A DNA stretch of 64,000 nt, taken from Eledone cirrhosa (Eukaryota). The notes below the pieces were generated by a model, which did no database searches, had not been told where the DNA came from, and saw only the letters and a list, made by a program, of their open reading frames with translations. The position numbers and the translations under genes were made by a program. The stretch's first letter is position 1. Each line of letters starts with the position of its first letter. Shown piece after piece: positions 1-11,672 of the stretch. The stretch covers positions 217,620,001 through 217,684,000 of the forward strand of contig OZ024743.1 of the NCBI GenBank assembly GCA_964016885.1, given 5' to 3'.

Positions 1-700
1 GAGTTTGCTTCCTTGAATGAATGAAATATCATTCATTGAATTTTTGAAAACCATTTCAATTTCTTTCTGTGACAATTGGACTGGTTTTCGGGTAGAATTG
101 GAAACTGTCCTAAAAACTATTCTTTTCAGAGCAGTTTCCTTGCGAATTTCTACCGGAGAATTGATGCTGAAACACCATTCTTTGCGAAAGTGACATATCT
201 CCTAGCGTCCTTTAAAAGTTGTTCGGCATTTGTTATGTCAAGATATGTCAGTTCCTCTTTTTTCTGAACTGTCTGTGTAAAGGAGATTTTCGGTTTCTTT
301 GTGGAATTATCCGTGTTGGTGGTGTTGTCATTATTGTTGTTATTGTTGTTGTTATTCTTGTTGTCACCGATGTTGATATTATTCGTATTTTCCTTGGTGT
401 TGGTGTTGGTGTTGTTGTTGTCTTTGATGCTGGTATTATTGGTGTTGTCTTTATTTTTTCTTTGTTGTTGTTGTCATTGTTGTTTTTATCATTATTATTG
501 GTGTTGTTGTTCTTTTTGTTGTCATTGTACTGTTTGGTCTCATTTGTGTTGTTTGGATATGAATTTGTTTTTACAATTTCATTTCGTCTTTCCTTCTCCA
601 TAGTATCTATGGAGAAGGAAAGAGAAGAAGACGATGTTGACTGCGAGCTATGTAGTCTTACCGACTTTCCACCACCATTATCGTCGAACGCAGCGTTCAT
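1..700 (-). mobile_element. Possible degenerate ORF1 (gag-like) start of a Tx1/L1-type LINE, with Asn/Thr-rich low-complexity segment
   Basis: Minus strand reads a low-complexity NNN/TTT tract followed, across frameshifts, by KKPKISFTQTVQKK... and ...KRIVFRTVSNSTRKPVQLSQKEIEMVFKNSMNDISFIQGSKL, running off the window. Family assignment is by resemblance only. Confidence 0.3.
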
Positions 701-925
701 AACGTAATCAAACTTCTTACGATATTTTTTCCAAAATTCGATGGAGAAAAAGTTTTTCAAACGAATATTTCCTCCCTGTAGGAGCGAAAATGAGGTGACC
801 CACCACCTGAAGGTCCATACAGGGGGGGGGGTCAAGTTACACAATAATATAAAATTTACCTGAAACCTCACGTTTTTTTCTTACATAAATTAACGGAAAC
901 TTCTCCGCGAAGTTACACACGTCTG

Positions 926-926
926 G

Positions 927-1011
<85 letters not shown>

Positions 1012-1033
1012 TGATTGATAGATATATAGATAG
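926..1033. repeat. (GATA)n microsatellite
   Basis: Direct tandem TAGA/GATA units. Confidence 0.97.
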
Positions 1034-2159
1034 ACACGACTTCCTTCCATATATCTATCATTTCCCAAATACTTTTCTCAACAGTACAATAAAGAAATAA
1101 TTGTGCTTCTTGATTATATTTCGCTAAGTTTCTTCCACGCTTGTATCCCCTTAACGACAGTTTAATTAACGAATACTGTCTCATTATATAAAATCAATTA
1201 ATCTCCAGTTTTAATTAGCAATTAAAGAATCGAAACTGTCAGGGTTGCTTATGGTAAAAGAGGGCTGTAAATAATTCAAAATAGCATGGAAAAAATGAGT
1301 AAAACTTTAAAGTCTAAACCGAGCAGGAACGAATGTTATTATTGGTGCAGTGGAAGCGAGATTATATATCATTAAAATATTGTTATTGTGGATAACTTTC
1401 ATTGTTTTTATTAGGAGTATGCACTGGTTATACCTCATTGCAACTTTTCCAGAATAATGTCAGAATAAATTCCAGAATAATATTACAGAGAGAGCGGTAG
1501 TATGTATTGCACAATATTGGCTTTTGCATTACTTCAACGATAATGATTACTGATGAAAGTCACAGGCACCGAAAGACGAGCTGTTAGAAAAATGTGCTAC
1601 ATTGAATTATAATAATAATATAAATTACAATTGCATAATATCATTATATATATATAATGTAAAATTACCACTAAGGACTCCACTTATTCATATATAGGAG
1701 CTACGTCTAACGAATTTAAAGTAAGATGTAATACTCACAAACATAGTTTTAAAAATACCGCATTAGCTAATACAACATCTTTGGCTGAAACAATTAATAA
1801 TTATAGAAAAAAGAATATCAATTACAACCTGGCCTGGAGCGTGCTCAAAAGGGCCACCCCTTATCAAAATAACAGATATGAGTGTAGATTATGGTCCCAG
1901 GAACTTTTTGAAATAATGAAATCTAAGTATATCCTATTAAATAAGCGACAAGAATTAATTATATCTTGCAATCATAGCATTAGAAGAGCCTTCAAATATT
2001 ATAAACCTAATTAATATACACCTCATACTTATATTTTACATATTATTATAATTAGTTTTTTTTAATCTAGTTAACCTATAATTAGTACTTTACTACAGAG
2101 AACTCCATAATTTTATTTCCCCCTTAGAGCTCTCTTTTCCTAAAATTAATACCTAAAAG

Positions 2160-2490
2160 TATACCTATAAATTAATTTAATTTCCTGTTCTGAATCTAGA
2201 TTCCTTGTAGTTTATATAAGAGTGGTATTTCTAACTACTATCCTTATCCCAACATTTTACTTTCCTTCGTGTTTAACAACACTCTTTAATAACATCTAAT
2301 TCTTATTTATCACATTCATATGAATTAATATAAATTTATCCCTATAATCATACCTATCAATTAATTTAATTTCTTGTTATAGATCTAGATTCCTTGTGGT
2401 TTAAATAAGATTGGTATTTCTCACTAATACCCTTACCCTAAAATTTTACTTTCCTTCGTTTTTAACATTATTCTTTAATAACATCAAATG
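2160..2490 (+). repeat. Diverged ~190 bp tandem duplication in the PLE 3' UTR
   Basis: TACCTAT..ATTAATTTAATTTC..ATCTAGATTCCTTGT..TTTTACTTTCCTTCGT..CTTTAATAACATC occurs at ~2162 and ~2351. Confidence 0.85.
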
Positions 2491-2724
2491 TTCGTGTACC
2501 CTTCACTGGCTTGACCTCTTTTCATCCCCAAAGTATTCTTTTCATTCAAAGTATTCTTTACATTCAAAACATAAGTCTGCACTCCTCTACCCCTAAATTA
2601 AATTTCTACTGCTACTATTCTATCAACTTGACCTCTAACTACTTTTCTATTGGTCAATTCAAAACCTGTTCCCAAACAGACCTATTATATTAAATCTTTG
2701 TTGGGTTTTTTCAATAAACAAATC

Positions 2725-2860
2725 TCATCATTTCTGAAGACAGCATGTATCTGTGAAGGTATGTATATTTCCTCTGATATTTTGTAATATTTTTACATAG
2801 ATCTATATGATATACATACCAACACACATATACATCCTAGAAACGATCGTAAAATGATGA
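2725..2860 (+). ncRNA. Type I hammerhead ribozyme with ~100 nt stem II
   Basis: Stem I TCATCATTT/AAATGATGA; CTGAAGA at 2734; stem II ATGTAT..GGTATGTATAT/ATATACATACC..ATACAT; GAAA at 2840; palindromic CGATCG; GTA cleavage triplet. Confidence 0.85.
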
Positions 2861-3047
2861 ATTTTTTAATATAATGAAGTTGTTCTTTGTTTTTATTCAT
2901 TGTTTTTATTAATTTATCTTGACTCTGTTTACCTGTGATTTTCATCGAAAAGTTTTGAATGCCTCTTCTCTTTTCATGATATTTGGATTACATTGAGTTC
3001 TTCATACGGATTGGACACTACCGTATATTTTGGTAGATTTATCTATA

Positions 3048-3117
<70 letters not shown>

Positions 3118-3118
<1 letters not shown>

Positions 3119-3235
3119 GACGGTCGGCTGAAAGGTTCATAGACTGACTATGAAGGTTTGATACTAGAGCAGTGAAATCTTGCAATTTCAAATCTCATTA
3201 AAAGCTGCATTGTTTCTTTACAGGAGCTATTTTGA
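3118..3235 (+). mobile_element. Mariner-like terminal fragment
   Basis: TA followed by CGACGGTCGGCTGAAAGGTTCATAGACTGAC, similar in layout to the mariner TIR at 33129. No partner end found. Confidence 0.5.
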
Positions 3236-3324
3236 TAAATAAACCCCACTTAGTCATTCAATTAGTTTTGAAGGTTTTCTCACATATTAAGCATATTATT
3301 ACTGTCCATTATTTATAGAAGGAA

Positions 3325-3459
3325 TACGTCCCTTTACGATCTGAGTTCAAATCCTGCCGAGGTTAACTTTGCCTTTCATCCATACGTGGTCAATAAAATA
3401 AACTACCAATAATGTACTGGGTAATTGTTGGCCTTGTGCCAAAAGTAGAAACAATTATT
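3325..3459 (+). mobile_element. tRNA-derived SINE family 1, 5'-truncated
   Basis: B-box GTTCAAATCC, body GCCTTTCATCC..GATAAAATA, tail AGTAGAAACAATTATT; 10 further copies in the window. Confidence 0.9.
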
Positions 3460-3751
3460 TTGGTCAGCCTGTGAACTTTTCAGCCAACATAAGTTGCTGT
3501 TTTGTCTCGTCTCTTACTCCATATAACAGCACTTCGACATGTGTCAGTTGCTGTGACCCCAGTTGCACCTGCAGTACCATTGGTAGGTGTCGAAACTGCC
3601 AACGTCCATCTAAAACGGCCGACGACCCTAGAGTTCTGTCTTTCGTTTGTATTTTTGTTTTAAGGATTCCCCTTAATATCTTTTTTATTTTTTGCCTTGC
3701 TTTCGTTCGTTGTCTTGTTCTATCTTTGTTGATATTTCCTATGATTATCCT

Positions 3752-3822
<71 letters not shown>

Positions 3823-5574
3823 CGCGTGTGTGCGCGCGTGTGTGTGTTTGTGCGTGAGCGTGTGTGTGTGAGTGTGTGTTTTTTTTTATCTCTCCGAAGT
3901 GCTTGGGACGTCGAAAGGACCCATCCTTAATCCTTAATCCTGTGCATACAATAGGGAAGATGTCTAAGCTTGACGAATGGTTGCCCCACAATGTGACTAA
4001 CCGTAATGGTGAATGTCAGGCGCCAGCTCTGATGCCTCTTAAGTATGTATGTTTTTCCTGAATATTATTTGTATCAAATTTGTGGACAAAATACTCTGTT
4101 TACATAAAAGGTGATGAAAAATTGTGTCTCTATGTTAATGTCAAGTGCAAGGGTTCGTGTGTTGATAAAGAGTGTTTGTTACAACGGCAAGCAAACACTG
4201 GCCGACCACCTCATAAGGCGCTAATGTCCGTCTGAAATTGGAAAAGTGTTATCCAATACGAGCTGCTCCAAACAAAACCTCTGTTCTCTATTGCCAGTAA
4301 CTTGCTAGATAAGCGGCGAAAGTCGCACAGGTGCGCCAACACCAATGTCCTGTTCGATACTTTCATGATATCGCTCCGCCGCGTACATCAAGGATGATCC
4401 GTGAGAAGCCGTATTCGCCCGACTCCACGTTTGCAGATTATCACTTTTTTCTCACAATGAGCTGTGCAATGCAGTCAAAGACCTTCACAAATGAAGTCCT
4501 GCTATATTAGAATAATTCCTAGGTGATGGCAATTATTTTGACTTGTAATTTCCTAATTTTAAAACACGTCAAAGTCAATAAAAATTTGAAAAACGGACAG
4601 AACCTTCCGTCCAACTTAATGTATGACAGGGAAATGAGAAGTACACATGTTTCGACTTTAAAAACAGGTAAAATATCAACATGACAAATATTTATTTGCC
4701 ATAACACATAATATTCAATGCTAGCTGATCTTAATTTGCAACATTTGGTTAACAAATACCTGACATTATACAAAACAGGAAAATTGCAAACAGATAAATC
4801 ATAAATTATTAAGTCATATTACATCAGCGGATTTCATTGCTCAGGACAAATCACTCAGCAGTTGATCTATTAAAATGGCTTTGTAACAAAAAGCCTAACA
4901 GACACGATGCTAAAAAACGCAAATCCATTAAAACATCTACTTATGTGTGAACTGAAAGCCGAATATTGATATAAGCTGATGGCCTTATATCATAAACATA
5001 ACAATATGGACAGTACCTTTTCACGCTGTTTTACTCTTTTGTTCACTGTTGACAGTTCCTCTTCCTCTACAACGAGTTTTTAGTGTTACTTTCCTGTAGA
5101 AACCGTAAATTCGATATGGCTTTATGGCTGACAATGATGAAAACCAATTAATTGTGTGAAACACGAAAACGGTAAAAGCATGGGATGTTTCCACCTATAC
5201 AAAACCAGCTATGGTTCAAGTAAATATATTACATTCACGTGCTGTAGATTATACTTAGATCTAATAAGAATATGCGTAAATTCTTAGGCTCTAAGATTTC
5301 CACACTTTTGTAATTATGTAATCAAAGGTTTGCACGCAGACATAGGCGTGCATAGACATACTCACTGATGTGTTTTTATGAAGGTGATTGTGTTTGTTTA
5401 TTGTGCGTGTCAACATGTATCTAATTATGTAAGTATGTAAATGGAAATCAATATCTAAACTGAGAATCACTCTTATATAGCTGCAAATTATACACACACA
5501 CTTACCCATATATGTGTGTATGTATGTATGTATGAATGTATATATATATATGTGTGTACATATTTATTTATATA

Positions 5575-5643
<69 letters not shown>

Positions 5644-6334
5644 TTAGGGATGTTTTTTATCTGATTTTGTTTAAGGTCGGTGTCCCAGCATGGCCTCAGC
5701 TGCATGGTTGGAAGAGGTAAAAGAGTAAAACAAACAAAAGAATGGAGGAGGGTTCGAATTTTAGGACAGAAGACCTAATATATATATATACGTGTGTGTG
5801 TGTGTGTGTAAGACTAGTGCATCTCTACGTGGTCGTTAGTGCCGCGAAGGTGTTCTGTGAATTCAAGTATATTTTGTAAAAGATCTACAAATGAATCAAG
5901 TTTTAAGCTCGTTTAAATTTTGGAAATCAAAAAGTTTCTATTATGAAATCAACAGCTCTTGCTACCTACTTTAGAAAGAATTTTAATTTATGATTGAAGA
6001 TTCCCACCAGCGCTAACATTTGGAATTGTCTTGGATTTATTAACATATCTGAACTGCGTGTGTCTGTTTACGAGAAAGGAACGACAAACTAAAGGCGAAA
6101 TGTAATGATCAAGACAAACATGGCTGGCTTTGTTTTGGGGGCGACCTGCTATAAGAAAGGTCAGGAGAGAAAAGGGAAAAACTGATTTATCCAATTCAAT
6201 ACCAATGACCGTGAAGGATTATAAGAATTTATTTAGTTTTGAAATTTTATTCATTCAGTGAGTTTGAGGTTTGAAGTCGAACATTGTATAGTGAAAGTAA
6301 TATTATAACTTATCGTTTGTAGTCCATGATAATG

Positions 6335-7620
6335 AGTAAATAATAAAGAATGCGTCACACATTCTTAAGCGACTACTTGAGATATTGCAAAATTCCTTCT
6401 ATAAATAATTGTTTCTACTTTTGGCACAAGGCCAACAATTACCCAGTACATTATTGGTAGTTCATTTTATCGACCCCGTATGGATAAAAGGCAAAGTTAA
6501 CCTCGGCAGGATTTGAACTCAGATCGTAAAGGGACGTATTCCTTCTATAAATAATGGACAGTAATAATAAGCTTAATATGTGAGAAAACCTTCAAAGCTA
6601 ATTGAACGCTTAAGCATAAAGCAACCGGACAGTGTTTTACAACGGATATAAGCGATATTCATGATTTAAAATCTAAATTTAAAAATCGATCTATACGCAA
6701 AGAACTGTTAAAATAACAAGAAATTCAATTTGAGAAGGGACTAATTGCATCATACACAATTTAAAAGTTAATTACCAAATGTGGAAAGCCTCAAACTATT
6801 GGAGAATATCTCATTTTTGCAGCTGCGAAAGAAATTTGTAATGCTATGATGGATACTCTTGATATATCTCCGTTAATTCCAATTATTAACAGTTTAATAG
6901 CTGCTAAAATTGATGAAATGGAGAACGATATTGAAACTTAACTCAACGGTGATTTGAAAACAACTGAAGTATATTTACAACTTGATGATATGACATTGCA
7001 TGACAACGGAACTCTATTATTAGTTGATTTCACTACATTATTTAAACAGAGATCAGAACATTATTGAGGAATTCATGTTTACTGAATAAATGAAAATTCA
7101 CACAATATGTTCCACGAGATGGTTGGGCATTTTCCAATCATAAACCACGAGATGGTTGAGCATTTTTCAATCACAAATGCCATTGCTTACGCAACTAGGG
7201 TAGTTCCATCAATGATTGGTTTTCATAGGAAATGCGTTCACATTTAAAAGAAGCAATCCTAAATATTTTAAAGAATTCATGCCGAAATTTGGCTGCAAAT
7301 CATCTCAGTGTTGGATTACAAGAATATTTACATGTTCTAATAAAAAAAAGTAAATACATAAAGCGCTTCCTTTGAATACATCTATATCTCGTTAGGTTTG
7401 GCACGAAAATGAAGGCGTGTATGAATAGCTTTTATTACACACTGAAGTTTGATAACTTTCTAAAGGAAATGGTCTGCGACGTTTAAATGTTTTTCTTAAA
7501 TACGAACATAGACTGGTATATTTGTCCTATTTAGTCACTGAAAGAGATTATGTTAACAAGGTTTTAAGACCCTGATGAAATACCCAGCTGGGTTGTAAAC
7601 CCATTACAAGCTGATGCAAA
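6335..7620 (+). pseudogene. hAT (Charlie/Buster-type) transposase relic, interrupted by a SINE
   Basis: Translated fragments KCGKPQTIGEYLIFAAAKEIC, IDEMENDIE, LQLDDMTLHDNGTLLL, LLLHTEV**LSKGNGLRR and EIPSWVVNP match the hAT motifs KPHTIGE, LQLDEST and LHTEVRWLSKG. Many stops. Confidence 0.85.
6404..6538 (-). mobile_element. SINE family 1 with 18 bp target-site duplication
   Basis: ATTCCTTCTATAAATAAT at 6392-6409 and 6538-6555 flanks the SINE. Confidence 0.92.
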
Positions 7621-7978
7621 TATAGCTGATAGACATCTATAGAGAAAGGTAATTTATTACCTAAGGGATATTGAAGCGCAAAACTGTTTAACAATATGTC
7701 TATGAACTAATCTGTCCAAAGGAATAAAATGAATATCTCAAACATTGGCAAGACTATTTTTTTAATACTCGCATTTTCTTTACTCATCATATGCAGGAAC
7801 GTTACTAATTCAATTCAATTTTCAGATTCCACCGCTGCTTTTTAATCACATGGTGTTTATATATACATATGTAAACGAAGCGTTGAGTAACGTGTGGAAA
7901 TAGTGTTTTATTGGAAGGATAACACACAGACACACACACACACACATACAAACACACACACACATATATATATATACA

Positions 7979-8035
<57 letters not shown>

Positions 8036-8299
8036 TATTTTCCGTTGTGTTGTAATATAAATATTACATTAGTACAAATTTACCAGTACTCTTCTTTAAA
8101 ATAATTAAAAGACATTTTCCCACATCACACAAATACCACAAAATCCTAAACCCTACCACTATAAGACTGTCATACTCTACAGCGTTAAACCTTGAACAAC
8201 ACATAAAAAAGATCAATACTAGAAGGTTAAACGAAAACACTGAGAACTTAAGTACAAAGAACACAAAAAAAAAAAACAGTAAACAATACACTACAGAAC

Positions 8300-9061
8300 A
8301 TAAATAAACCACACCTAAGTTCGTCCGCAATACTACTCCAGAGAAAACCCAACGTACACAACTGTAACTGCACCTATCCTGACAACTGCCCCCTCGGCAA
8401 TAACTGCCTGGAAAAAAATATTATTTATAAGTGTACCATTAAATCCGGAGGCAACGAGTGGTATTACGTGGGATCAACGGCAACATCGTTTAAATCTCGA
8501 TTGTATAGGCATTCTTACTCAATAAAACACCAGAGCCAAAGAAATGTAACAACTTTAGCAGAAAAAGCTTGGACGCTCAGGGATAGCGATCAAAAGTTTA
8601 CCCTAAAATGGGAAAAATTAGCTAAAACCCAAAGCTTTTCCAGGAGCCAAAATTTCTGCAAATTGTGTAATCTTGAGATTTATTACATAATCACACACAA
8701 GAAGAAACTGCTGAATAACAGAATTGAACGAACATTATTCTGCCGTCACAGAACTAAAACCCTTTTTTCCCACTACAAGCCGAACATTACATAAAAGAGG
8801 GACATCCCCCAACTATATAAACCTTAATCTAGTTAGAAAAATATAAAAACAATCTCTTCTCAACATATATTAATAACCTTAAATTACCACACTAATAATG
8901 GAAAGATATGCTGATGAGAATAGGTACAAATATGCGATAATGAATGTGTCTAAAAACGTCCATAAGTATGTATATATATGTGAAAATGTATATAAATAAG
9001 TAAATATATATATATGTTTGATGTGTATAGTTAGATGTAAGTGTATTCATGTATTAAAGTG

Positions 9062-9126
<65 letters not shown>

Positions 9127-9836
9127 ATATGTGTATATGGATGTGTATGTATGTGTATGTGTGTACACATGGACTAGAGTATGTATGTATATATGTGTGT
9201 GTCTATACGTGTGTATATAAAGATAAGTTGAGTATGAAAATGTATACACATGAGTGCGTATGTATGTACATGAATACATGTGTGTATATATATGTGTATG
9301 CATGTGTATATATATGTAAGTATGAATATGTGAATTGTGAGTATATGTATTTTGTAGAGGTGTGCAAATATATTTGTTTGTGAATGCGTGGGTGAAAGGA
9401 TACGTACACTTGAAAGAAAAATTTAAGTCTGAATGTTAATTAAGTGCAAACACAAAACCAACCACGCATATCTTTACTATCTCTAATCCTTCTATAGATT
9501 TAGAAAAATAACCAATAATATATTCTATAAAAAATGTCAAAACAACAGATGGGAATCTAATTACTCACTGCCACCAAGAATTCTCACTGCTATCGAAAAA
9601 CCACTCCTTCAACTATTCTTCTAACAACTTCACCCCTCCCTCCTAATATTCTCTATAAAAACTAAATAGGTCCTCAGTAATATTATTCTGATGAAATGAC
9701 AGTAAATAATAACATTGAAATATTGAATGTCTGCATAACTACAAGTTTGTAGATAGCAGCTGTTTTAGGTTATGTAACTGTTATAGAAACACGTGTCAAT
9801 AAATTCCTTTCAACTAAACTGTATCCATTCAAATCT

Positions 9837-9840
<4 letters not shown>
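8300..9840 (+). mobile_element. 5'-truncated Penelope-like element: complete GIY-YIG domain plus 3' UTR/pLTR
   Basis: Open frame 8363-8794: CNCTYPDNCPLGNNCLEKNIIYKCTIKSGGNEWYYVGSTATSFKSRLYRH...CKLCNLE...LLNNRIERTLFCRH. An HHR follows at 9683. Confidence 0.9.
9683..9802 (+). ncRNA. Type I hammerhead ribozyme with ~90 nt stem II
   Basis: TTATT-CTGATGA(9688)-ATGACAGT...ACTGTTAT-GAAA(9786)-CACGTG-TC-AATAA; GTC triplet. Confidence 0.88.
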
Positions 9841-9905
<65 letters not shown>

Positions 9906-10181
9906 TATGCATACAAATATATGTAAACATAAATAAATAAATATATATATATATGTATATATATACATATATAAATATAAATAAATTAATAAATATATAT
10001 GTACGCATGTGAGTTGTGTTAATAAAGAGGTTTCGTGTGTAAAGCCAAACTTTTGACGTGAGAAATTATTTTTTAATTACTTTATTTATATATATAATTG
10101 CAGAATTATAATGTAACACTGCTTGTCTACGATAAATATATACACACAAACAAACGCACACACACACACATATATATATAT

Positions 10182-10229
<48 letters not shown>

Positions 10230-10271
10230 ATATATATGTGCACACAGCTGCGAAATTTCTTTCTATCGCTC

Positions 10272-10327
<56 letters not shown>

Positions 10328-11042
10328 TGTATTACATTTGTATATAGATACATATGTTTGTGTACGTTCGTGTGTGTGTCTGTACAATTTTAACAGGAAA
10401 TCTATCGGGAATCATATTTATTCAACGAATATAAAATAGCGAACTAGAACAGAATAAATATATTAAATTTAATAAAGTAAATTTGATCAATATTTCCATC
10501 AAAACGTTGCGGTTCTCTTTCTCCAAATATTTATATTGTTTTGGCTTTTCTTAAATATATTTTGCTTTTCAGTTTTCGTCAGTCATTTACGTCTGAAATG
10601 AAATTTTTATAATAAACGCTTTTTTTAAAATATGTTCCTCTATCCGAAGGGAGAATGCAGTAAATTTTATCGGTACATGATCTACGATATTCTGGATTTG
10701 TATATTAGGTAATGAAACGTTCATCTTCAAAATTTATTGTTAATCAACGTATTAGTTCACATCATCTATCTTCGTAGCATTTCTTGTCATTCTCAAATTT
10801 TATGCGATTACCGTGTTTTAAAATAAGCAGGATGGGCATTACGGATAAAACTGTCTCTTATTAATCTACAAAGGTGTTTCATCTGAAGAGAATGTGATGG
10901 CTTTAGTTGCTGTTTTGTTGTTCTGTGTGATGCAAAAGGCATTGTGTTTATTGACTAATTGATGATTCATTTATTTAATTCATTCATTCATCTAGCAAAA
11001 CTGGTAAATGATGGACACCCTATATATATGTTTATACTTATG

Positions 11043-11087
<45 letters not shown>

Positions 11088-11369
11088 CTTAATTTATAGT
11101 GAGACTAACCGTCATGATCTGGTTACTTGGGCTCGTATTCTATCGATTCGCACAACCTTTGTACTCTCTTCAATCGACCCATATTATAGAGTAGAGAATT
11201 ATGAGATTTGAACTCAACACTACCGGTTAACCTAACATCCGTCCTCAATTCTTGTAATATAGTTGTTCACAACTAGGAGGTAGATAAAGACATTTGAGAG
11301 TAAAATGTCTTATTTTAATACATAAACATCACCCTTTACTTTCTCAGTGCTTCCGGCATTGATTTCCTG

Positions 11370-11672
11370 AATAATTGTTTCTACATTTAGCACAAGTCCA
11401 GCAATTATCCCAGTGTATTACTGGTGCTTTATTTTATCGACCCCGTAAGGATGAAAAGCAAAGTTAACCTCGGAGGGATTTGAACTTAGACAATAAGGGC
11501 CGTAACTCTTTCAGCAAAGCATAGCGTCCGACCCTCTACGATACTGCCAATCCACCGTGATGTCATAAATAATTGTTTCTACTTTAGGCACAAGGCCAGC
11601 AATTACCCAGTGCATTACTGGTACTTTATTTTATCGACCCCGTAAGGATGAAAGGCAAAGTCAACCTCGGCG
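11370..11672 (-). mobile_element. Two tandem SINE family 1 copies (11370-11557 near full length; 11568-11672 3' part)
   Basis: Reverse complement of the SINE consensus, with A-box and B-box in the first copy. Confidence 0.9.

Larger units (their letters stand above)
1640..2900 (+). mobile_element. 5'-truncated Penelope-like element: GIY-YIG endonuclease C-terminus plus 3' UTR/pLTR
   Basis: Frame 1658-2014 reads CKITTKDSTYSYIGATSNEFKVRCNTHKHSFK...TSLAE...W...CRL...E...LLNKRQELIISCNH, the typical PLE GIY-YIG C-terminus. An HHR follows at 2725. Confidence 0.85.

Noticed and set aside
1550-1590. CTGATGA...GAAA motif
   Set aside because: Stems I, II and III do not pair convincingly.
3900-5100. 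Possible second hAT relic on the minus strand
   Set aside because: Only vague motif resemblance; no diagnostic residues could be confirmed by eye.
7572-7610. CTGATGA followed by the hairpin ACCCAGCTGGGT
   Set aside because: No GAAA core; explained as hAT coding relic (EIPSWVVNP).
8902-9476. AAAGATATG-CTGATGA with complementary CATATCTTT ~550 nt downstream (possible giant HHR)
   Set aside because: No GAAA-stem III-UH before the partner strand.
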